NCBI GenBank assembly: GCA_963738945.1
Contig: CAVTYD010000003.1
Location: forward strand, 130,583 to 194,582
DNA: 64,000 nt
Direction of reading: 5' to 3'
Source: an uncultured Acidobacteriota bacterium
Lineage (GTDB): Bacteria; Acidobacteriota; Thermoanaerobaculia; UBA5066; Gp7-AA6
Shown piece after piece: positions 37,592 to 43,963 of the stretch (position 1 is the stretch's first letter; each line of letters opens with the position of its first letter). The notes under the pieces were generated by a model, which saw only the letters and a list, made by a program, of their open reading frames with translations, ran no database searches and was not told where the DNA came from. The translations under genes and the position numbers were made by a program.

Positions 37592-39078
37592 GCGGAGGGT
37601 GCCTCCAGCGCGCGTTTCAGGGCGCCGCGGACCGCGGCCGGATCGGCGCGGCCGCCGGTCTCCTTCATCACCTGCCCGACGAGCCAGCCGAAGGTCTGCG
37701 TCTTTCCGGCGCGATATTCCGCCACCTGCGACGGGTTTCCGGCGATGGTCTCGCGGACCGCCGCCTCGAGCGCGCCGGCATCCCGGATTCGCCCCAGACC
37801 CTTCTCGGCGACGATCGCCGCGGCGTCCGCGGGAGAGTCGAGCATCGCGACGAGCACGTCCTTGCCCGAGGCCGCCGAGATCTCGCCCGCGTCGACCAGC
37901 CGGAGGAGCCCCGCCAGCCGCTCGGGGGAGACGGGAAACGACATCGCGTCTTCGACGGAGATCTTCCGCTCCTTCATCCAGCGCAGGACTTCGCCGACGA
38001 CCCAGTTCGCCGCGAGCTTCGCCGGCACGCCGGCCGCGACCGCGCCCTCGAAGTAGTCCGCGAGCTCGCGCGCCGAGCTCAGCGTCTCGGCATCCGAGAG
38101 GGCCAGCCGATGGCCGGCGACGAAGCGGCCCTGCCGGGCCTGGGGCAATTCCGGCATCTCGCGCTTCGCTTCCTCGACCCAGGCGTCGTCGACGGCGAGC
38201 AGGCCCAGGTCCGGTTCCGGGAAATAGCGGTAGTCGTGCGCCTCTTCCTTGCTGCGCATCGGGACCGTCCGGCCGCCCTTCTCGTCCCAGAGCCGGGTCT
38301 CCTGGACGATCGCCTCGCCGCGGCCGGTCGCCTCGGCCTGCCGGTCGATCTCGTGTTCGATCGCTTTCGCCACGAAGCGGATCGAGTTGACGTTCTTGAT
38401 CTCGACGCGGGTACCGAACGGCGCCGTCGCGGAAGCCCGGACCGAGACGTTCGCGTCGCAGCGCATGCTCCCCTTCTCCATGTCGCCGTCGCAGACCCCG
38501 GTGTAACGCAGCAGGCGCCGCAGCTCGGTCAGATAGCTCGCGGCTTCCTCGGCCGAGCGAAGATCCGGCTCGCTGACGATCTCGATCAGGGGAACGCCGG
38601 CCCGGTTCCAGTCCACGAGGGAGACGTCCGCCGGCACGTCGGCATAGGGCGTGTCGTGAAGCAGCTTTCCGGCGTCCTCCTCGACGTGGATCCGGACGAG
38701 CCGGATCGCCCGGGAGCCTTCGAGCGTCTTGATCCGGATGGCGCCGCCCGTCGAGAAGGGCCGGTCGTATTGCGAGATCTGATACCCCTTGGGAAGGTCC
38801 GGGTAGAAGTAGTTCTTGCGCGCAAACTGCGACTCGGGATGGATCGTCGCGCCGACCGCCGCCGCAAAACGCAGGGCGAGCGTGATCACCTCGCGATTCA
38901 GGACGGGAAGAGTCCCCGGAAATCCGAGGCAGATCGGACAGGTGGCCGAGTTGGCGGGCGCGCCGACGGTCACGGGGCAGCCGCAGAAGATCTTCGAACG
39001 GGTCTTCAGCTGGGCATGAACTTCCAGCCCGATCACCGGAGAAACGCGGGTTTTCACGGGAGTTTCGGCGGCCGACAC
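37588..39078 (-). CDS. gatB: Asp-tRNA(Asn)/Glu-tRNA(Gln) amidotransferase subunit B
   Basis: 496 aa. VIGLEVHAQLKTRSKIFCGC, RIHVEEDAGK, CDANVSVR and the C-terminal YqeY-like tail. Confidence 0.95.
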   Translation of the reverse strand: MSAAETPVKTRVSPVIGLEVHAQLKTRSKIFCGCPVTVGAPANSATCPICLGFPGTLPVLNREVITLALRFAAAVGATIHPESQFARKNYFYPDLPKGYQISQYDRPFSTGGAIRIKTLEGSRAIRLVRIHVEEDAGKLLHDTPYADVPADVSLVDWNRAGVPLIEIVSEPDLRSAEEAASYLTELRRLLRYTGVCDGDMEKGSMRCDANVSVRASATAPFGTRVEIKNVNSIRFVAKAIEHEIDRQAEATGRGEAIVQETRLWDEKGGRTVPMRSKEEAHDYRYFPEPDLGLLAVDDAWVEEAKREMPELPQARQGRFVAGHRLALSDAETLSSARELADYFEGAVAAGVPAKLAANWVVGEVLRWMKERKISVEDAMSFPVSPERLAGLLRLVDAGEISAASGKDVLVAMLDSPADAAAIVAEKGLGRIRDAGALEAAVRETIAGNPSQVAEYRAGKTQTFGWLVGQVMKETGGRADPAAVRGALKRALEAPSA

Positions 39079-39198
39079 CGAAGAATTTTAGCACGCGGGG
39101 TCTCGGACTCTGAGCGGGCCGCTCCGCGGCCGACCGACGAGAGGGGAAGCCCTGCCGCTCCCGCTCCCGGGAAAGAAGAGTCCCCCTACAATCCCCTC

Positions 39199-39993
39199 GT
39201 GCACTGGCTCGACGAGACGACCGGCGGCGTGCGGACGTTCCGACCGGCGCCGCCCCCTGGAGACGTCGTCGTCGCGTTCTCCGGCCGCGGCCACGCGCCG
39301 GAGGGCGAGGCGACGCCCACTCCGTACCTCGCGCGCCGGCTCGCGAACGCGATCGGGCTCGACGGAGCGCCGATCCACTGGGCGCGCCAGGTGCACGGCG
39401 GCCGTGCCGCGGAGCTGCGCGACTCCGCGCCTGCCGGCTCCGCCCTCTGCGCCGGCGAGTGCGACGCGCTCGTCACCGATCAGCCGGGAGCCGCCCTCGT
39501 CGTCCAGACGGCCGACTGCGTGCCGATTCTTCTCGCCGCTCCGGGAATGGTGGGAGCCGCCCATGCCGGCTGGCGGGGAACGGCGAAGAACGTCGCCGGC
39601 GAAGCCGTCGCGGCGCTCGGACGGCTGGGCGCCAATCCCGCCGGGATCCGCGCCTGGCTCGGGCCCTCGATCGGCCCCTGCTGCTACGAGGTCGGCGGCG
39701 AAGTCGCCGCGCAGTTCGCCGGCGATTGCGTCCACGCCGGCTGCGGCGGCGGATACCGACTCGATCTCCGCGCCGTCAACGTGGCGCAGCTCTCCGCCTC
39801 GGGTGTCCCGCGCGAGGCGATCGCGGTCCACCCGGCCTGCACCCTGTGCGGCGGCGAAGGCTTCGCGAGCTGGCGCCGCGACGGGGCCAGGGCGGGCCGC
39901 ATGATCGCGCTCATCGCCCGGACCGGCGCGGCGGGAGAACGCCGCGTCGCGGACCGGGCCGAGGGAACCGAGGGCCGGCCGGCGAAAGGCTGA
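39199..39993 (+). CDS. pgeF: peptidoglycan editing factor PgeF / YfiH (laccase-domain, DUF152) protein
   Basis: Last 264 codons of ORF 38110..39993, from GTG 39199. QVHGG, CDALVT, QTADCVPILL, AHAGWRG, GPCCYEVG, SWRRDG. Confidence 0.85.
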   Translation: MHWLDETTGGVRTFRPAPPPGDVVVAFSGRGHAPEGEATPTPYLARRLANAIGLDGAPIHWARQVHGGRAAELRDSAPAGSALCAGECDALVTDQPGAALVVQTADCVPILLAAPGMVGAAHAGWRGTAKNVAGEAVAALGRLGANPAGIRAWLGPSIGPCCYEVGGEVAAQFAGDCVHAGCGGGYRLDLRAVNVAQLSASGVPREAIAVHPACTLCGGEGFASWRRDGARAGRMIALIARTGAAGERRVADRAEGTEGRPAKG

Positions 39994-40008
39994 CCGTCCT
40001 CGGTCCAC

Positions 40009-40734
40009 CTACGGGTAATAAAGGCCGAGCGCCTTCGCGAGGAACACCGCCATCTGTTTTCGGGTCACGACCGTGTCCGGACAGAAATTTCCGCTCCCGC
40101 ATCCGGCCGTGACGCCCGATGCCGCCAGCGCCTCGATGTAGGAAAACGCGGGATCGGTCGCCGGAACGTCCGCGAACGTCGGCGACGCCGGCGCCGGGCT
40201 GACCTGGAGCTTGTAGCCCACGACGGCGCCGGAAAACGACGTCGTGCTGTCTCCGTTCGGGCCGAAGGCCGCTTCGAGGATCAGCCGGTGGTCGTCGTCG
40301 TTCGTGTAGCCAAGCCCGCTCAGGTCGGCGAAGGCGGACGTGCAGCCCTGGTTGGCGGCCCCGGTGATCTGCGTCAGCAGCGTGAGATCGGCGTTGGTTG
40401 CCGACGCGCCGTAGAGCAGGAGAAGGATCGAGCTTCCGCCGTCCGGCTGCGAATTGCAGAAGTCGAACTCGAGGTTCTGGAGCAGGGCTCCGGGCGGCAG
40501 CGACGCCGACGCGAAGAAGAAGGAGAACGGAGTGAGCGCATAGCGGCGAGCCGGGTTTCCGAAGTCGGAATAGGAGACGGACGACGACGACGGCGAGAAC
40601 TGCCACTCCGGCACCGTGGAGTAGGTCGTGTTCGTCGTTCCCCACGTTTGTGGAGCAGCCGGCGATCCGGCGAGCGCGCGACCCGCGACCGCGAGCGCCA
40701 GGACGATCGACGCCGGGATTTTCCGGGATCTCAT
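40009..40734 (-). CDS. secreted protein, variable N-domain + SLH-like C-terminal module (array member 4)
   Basis: Last 241 codons of ORF 40009..41460. ATG 40734 with GAGGAGG SD. Signal peptide MRSRKIPASIVLALAVAGRALAG. Ends FADVPATDPAFSYIEALAASGVTAGCGSGNFCPDTVVTRKQMAVFLAKALGLYYP. Confidence 0.8.
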   Translation of the reverse strand: MRSRKIPASIVLALAVAGRALAGSPAAPQTWGTTNTTYSTVPEWQFSPSSSSVSYSDFGNPARRYALTPFSFFFASASLPPGALLQNLEFDFCNSQPDGGSSILLLLYGASATNADLTLLTQITGAANQGCTSAFADLSGLGYTNDDDHRLILEAAFGPNGDSTTSFSGAVVGYKLQVSPAPASPTFADVPATDPAFSYIEALAASGVTAGCGSGNFCPDTVVTRKQMAVFLAKALGLYYP

Positions 40735-40748
40735 TTCACACCTCCTCG

Positions 40749-42116
40749 TCAGTAGTAGGAGAGGCCGAGCGCCTTCGCGAGGAAGACGGCCATCTGGCGG
40801 CGCGTGACGGCGTTCGCCGGGCAGAAGTTGCCGCCGCCGCAGCCGCCGGTGATCCCGGAGGCCGCCAGCGCTTCGACGTAGGCGAAGGCGGGATCGGACG
40901 ACGGCACGTCGGCGAACGTCGGCGTGGCCGGAGGCGGGCTCACCTGCAGGTGATAGGTGAACGTGGCGCCCAGGATTCGGGTCTGGAAGTCGCCGTAAGG
41001 CGCTCCGAAGAGCACGTACGCGACGAGCTTGGTGTCGCCGACGGTGTAATTGAGACCCGTCGCGGTGACCGCCCAGCACCCGGCCTGCTCCGAGGGGAGG
41101 TCGGTGATCGGGGCGCCCAACGGAGAATCGATCACGACGAGGTTCATGGGCGAGCCGTTCGTCGACCGAGTGTCGCAGGAGTCGAATTCCACCTGGTCGA
41201 GCACCGCGCCCGGCGGCAGGCCGACGGCGGTAATGAGAGCCGGCGAATGATCCGCGGAGATCAGGTATCGAGCGAGCTGAGGCGGACCGGTGTCCGCATA
41301 CTGGGCCGTGTCGTCGGGCGGCAGAAACTGCCACTCCGGAACATGGACGCTCGTCGCCACCGTTCCGAACCGGTAAGCCAGCCCCAACACCTTGGATAGA
41401 AAGACCGCCATCTGACGGCGTGTGACGGCCTGGTCGGGGCAGTAGAGCCCGCCGCCGCAACCCGCGGTGACGCCCGACGCCGCCAGGGCCTCGATGTACC
41501 GGTACGCCGGATCAGTGAGTGGCACGTCGCTGAACGTCGGTGTCAAGGGGGCCCGGCTCACTTGAAGCCGGTATGTCACCCCCACGTTGCCCACCCCGAC
41601 GATTGCATCGACGGGGGGGTCCGGCCCGAAGATCGTCCACAGGAGCAGGCGATGGGACGGCGCGTCCACGGTGTAATTCAGACCGCTCAGATCGACCGAC
41701 TGCGAAGTGCATTGGTCGTTGGCGTGCGCGGTTATCGAGGCGAGAACGCCGAGGAAGTTTCCCGCCGCGTCGGTATCTTCCAGAATGACCAGGAAATCGT
41801 CGCCGCCCGGCGGATTGCCGTTGCAGTAGGCGACGCTCATGCCCTCGAGGAGCGCACCCCGCGGAAGCACCGGTGTCGCGTAGAAAGCGCCGTAAGGCGA
41901 AGTCGAAGTTAGGAGAAAGTTTCCTTGAATGCCTCGATGATCGTACTGGGTGGTCGAGTCAATCGGCGCGAAGTCGTAGGCGGAGATGGGGTACGTCGAG
42001 TCGTTCGTCGTTCCGAACTTGGGCGCCATTTCGGGCGCTCTCGGCTCAGCTGCGATGCACCGCCCGCCGAGAAACGCGAGAGCGAGACCGAACGAGAGGC
42101 AAATCCGCGTCTTCAT
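40749..42116 (-). CDS. secreted protein with two complete (N-domain + SLH-like) modules in one ORF (array member 3)
   Basis: ORF 40749..42146, with the start at ATG 42116 (signal MKTRICLSFGLALAFLGG). Module 1 ends ...FSDVPLTDPAYRYIEALAASGVTAGCGGGLYCPDQAVTRRQMAVFLSKVLGLAY. It runs directly into module 2 (RFGTVATSVHVPEWQF...FADVPSSDPAFAYVEALAASGITGGCGGGNFCPANAVTRRQMAVFLAKALGLSYY). Confidence 0.8.
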   Translation of the reverse strand: MKTRICLSFGLALAFLGGRCIAAEPRAPEMAPKFGTTNDSTYPISAYDFAPIDSTTQYDHRGIQGNFLLTSTSPYGAFYATPVLPRGALLEGMSVAYCNGNPPGGDDFLVILEDTDAAGNFLGVLASITAHANDQCTSQSVDLSGLNYTVDAPSHRLLLWTIFGPDPPVDAIVGVGNVGVTYRLQVSRAPLTPTFSDVPLTDPAYRYIEALAASGVTAGCGGGLYCPDQAVTRRQMAVFLSKVLGLAYRFGTVATSVHVPEWQFLPPDDTAQYADTGPPQLARYLISADHSPALITAVGLPPGAVLDQVEFDSCDTRSTNGSPMNLVVIDSPLGAPITDLPSEQAGCWAVTATGLNYTVGDTKLVAYVLFGAPYGDFQTRILGATFTYHLQVSPPPATPTFADVPSSDPAFAYVEALAASGITGGCGGGNFCPANAVTRRQMAVFLAKALGLSYY

Positions 42117-42136
42117 GACTCCCTTCCCTGCGGCCC

Positions 42137-42889
42137 TCACGGCCACTGCAGCCCGAGCGCCTTGGCGAGAAACACCGCCATCTGCCGCCGCGTCAGCGTC
42201 GCGTCCGGGCAGTAGTTGCCGTTGCCGCAGCCGGCCGTGATGCCCGACGCGACGAGCGCCTCGATGTACTGGAAGCCCGGGTCGGTCGTCGGCACGTCGT
42301 TGAACGTCGCCGCCGGGGGCGCCGGGCTGACCTCCAGCCGGTAGAACAGGTTGACCCCGGCCAGGGCCTGGGTCCCGTTGACCGCGTCGATCTCGGCAAT
42401 GAGAACGAGCTGGTTGTCGTAGTAGTTGACCTGGTAGTCGAGTGACGTCAGATCCGCGATCTCGAACTCACCGCAGCCGTTCGACGAAGCGCTGTAGACA
42501 CCGGTCCCCATCTCCGTCATGTTGGTCCCGTCGTACCAGGACTTGTAGAGATGAACGCCGAGCTGGTCGTTCGGGTTGGGGTCGGTGTTGCAGAAATACG
42601 CCTCGATCCCCGTCAGCAGCGCTCCATTGGGAAGCCGCGGCACGGCCGCGAAACATTGCCCGATGCAGTTCCCCGGAGATCTCGCCAGGGTGTTGGGAAA
42701 GAGGTAGTCGGCATAGCTCGTCGCAGAGTCCCGCGGCGCAAACTCCGTGACCGGGACGTGGTAGATCGAGTCCTGGCTGATTCCATACGTCTTCGCCCGG
42801 AGCTGAGGCAGCCCGTCCTCCGCGGCACCGGCGGTCGTCAAGGCGAGCGCCGCCGCGAAAAAGGCTCCGATCCCGATTCTTCGCTTCAT
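42137..42889 (-). CDS. secreted protein, variable N-domain + SLH-like C-terminal module (array member 2)
   Basis: Last 250 codons of ORF 42137..43297. ATG 42889 with GGAGGG SD. Signal MKRRIGIGAFFAAALALTTAGA. Ends FNDVPTTDPGFQYIEALVASGITAGCGNGNYCPDATLTRRQMAVFLAKALGLQWP. Confidence 0.8.
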   Translation of the reverse strand: MKRRIGIGAFFAAALALTTAGAAEDGLPQLRAKTYGISQDSIYHVPVTEFAPRDSATSYADYLFPNTLARSPGNCIGQCFAAVPRLPNGALLTGIEAYFCNTDPNPNDQLGVHLYKSWYDGTNMTEMGTGVYSASSNGCGEFEIADLTSLDYQVNYYDNQLVLIAEIDAVNGTQALAGVNLFYRLEVSPAPPAATFNDVPTTDPGFQYIEALVASGITAGCGNGNYCPDATLTRRQMAVFLAKALGLQWP

Positions 42890-42912
42890 GGTCACCCTCC
42901 GTTGCGAACGCC

Positions 42913-43665
42913 TCATGGCCACTGCAGCCCGAGCGCCTTCGCGAGAAACACCGCCATCTGCCGCCGCGTCAGCGTCGCGTCCGGACAGTAGTTGCCGTTC
43001 CCGCAGCCGGCCGTGATGCCCGAGGCCACGAGCGCTTCGATGTACTGGAATCCGGGGTCCGTCGTCGGCACGTCGTTGAAGTCGGCGAACAGCGGCGACG
43101 GACTGACCTGCAGCGTGTATCCGAGAACGACACCGGCGAAGCGCGTGCTGGACGTTCCCGATGTGGTCTCGACCGCGACCGTGAGCTGATTGCGGTAGTT
43201 GTCGACCTGGAAGCCGCCGGCGGGAGGCAGGCTGAATGCCGCGAACCCGCACGGGAGCGTGCCGTTGCTGCCCGACCCGATCGCGCCACTGCTGCACCCG
43301 CTGCCGAGGTTGTCGCAGAAGAAGAACGTGGCCACGACGTCGTTCACCGCGTCCTCGTCGCAGGAGTCGAGCTCGTAGTACGTGACGAGCGCGCCGGACG
43401 GCAAATGAGGAGACGCGACGAAGATTGCCGGGCCGCCCGAGGAGTAACGCTGGAAGACGCCGAAGTTCGAGTAGCCGGAATCGGTGTAGACGGCGCCGTG
43501 CGCCGTGTCGAGCGGCGTGAACTCGGAGGCGGCGATCCGATAGTAGCTGAGCTGGTTCACGCCGTAGGTCTTCGGGGCGAGCGAGGCCTTCGCCGGCGCC
43601 TGCGCGAGCAGGCGACCGCTCAGCAGGAGGAGGATCAAGCCGAGGCCGAGGCGCGACATTTTCAT
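42913..43665 (-). CDS. secreted protein, variable N-domain + SLH-like C-terminal module (array member 1)
   Basis: ORF 42913..43785, with the start at ATG 43665 (AGGAAG SD). Signal MKMSRLGLGLILLLLSGRLLAQA. The C-terminal 55 aa are identical to member 2. Same length (753 nt) as member 2. Confidence 0.8.
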   Translation of the reverse strand: MKMSRLGLGLILLLLSGRLLAQAPAKASLAPKTYGVNQLSYYRIAASEFTPLDTAHGAVYTDSGYSNFGVFQRYSSGGPAIFVASPHLPSGALVTYYELDSCDEDAVNDVVATFFFCDNLGSGCSSGAIGSGSNGTLPCGFAAFSLPPAGGFQVDNYRNQLTVAVETTSGTSSTRFAGVVLGYTLQVSPSPLFADFNDVPTTDPGFQYIEALVASGITAGCGNGNYCPDATLTRRQMAVFLAKALGLQWP

Positions 43666-43865
43666 GGATTCTTCCTTTCTCGGCCTCCCGACGGCCGCTG
43701 CGACCCGAGGGTTTTCGCGGGGCGAATTCCGAGCATCGAAAGAACTCTCGCGAGCGGATTCCGGCGTTCCACCCGCCTTCCGCAATTGCTGCAGTAGCTC
43801 TCGTTACCGGCGAGGGGACAGCCGCAACGGGAGCAGGCGGCCGTCGGGGAAGCGGCGTCGTTCAT
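43662..43865 (-). CDS. small zinc-ribbon protein candidate (67 aa)
   Basis: ORF track 43662..43865(-). CSRCGCPL-x8-YCSNCG is a two-CxxC zinc-ribbon pattern. Its stop TGA (43664-62) overlaps ATG 43665 of array member 1 (ATGA coupling). No clear SD and a basic low-complexity tail, so only moderate support. Confidence 0.4.
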   Translation of the reverse strand: MNDAASPTAACSRCGCPLAGNESYCSNCGRRVERRNPLARVLSMLGIRPAKTLGSQRPSGGRERKNP

Positions 43866-43925
43866 GGGGGACAGACTGCCCGTCCCGGCGCCGGGGGTCT
43901 TGAACCGTTCCGTGGTTTGTCCGTA

Positions 43926-43962
43926 GACTTTCTTTCGTCAATCTTTCTTCCAATCGAAAGTC
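43926..43962. promoter_or_regulatory. AT-rich repeat-bearing segment in the divergent intergenic region (candidate operator)
   Basis: Direct repeat CTTTCTT(tcg)TCAAT / CTTTCTTC-CAAT (43928-43954), flanked by the inverted 7-mers GACTTTC (43926-32) and GAAAGTC (43956-62). It lies between the zinc-ribbon ORF and the TTG start (43964) of the wHTH regulator. Confidence 0.35.
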
Positions 43963-43963
43963 C

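Noticed and set aside
43666-43785. N-terminal extension of array member 1 (MRKAGGTPESARESSFDARNSPRENPRVAAAVGRPRKEES...).
   Set aside because: It has no signal-peptide character. The internal ATG 43665 has an SD and yields a canonical signal peptide. The extension overlaps the zinc-ribbon ORF in another frame.
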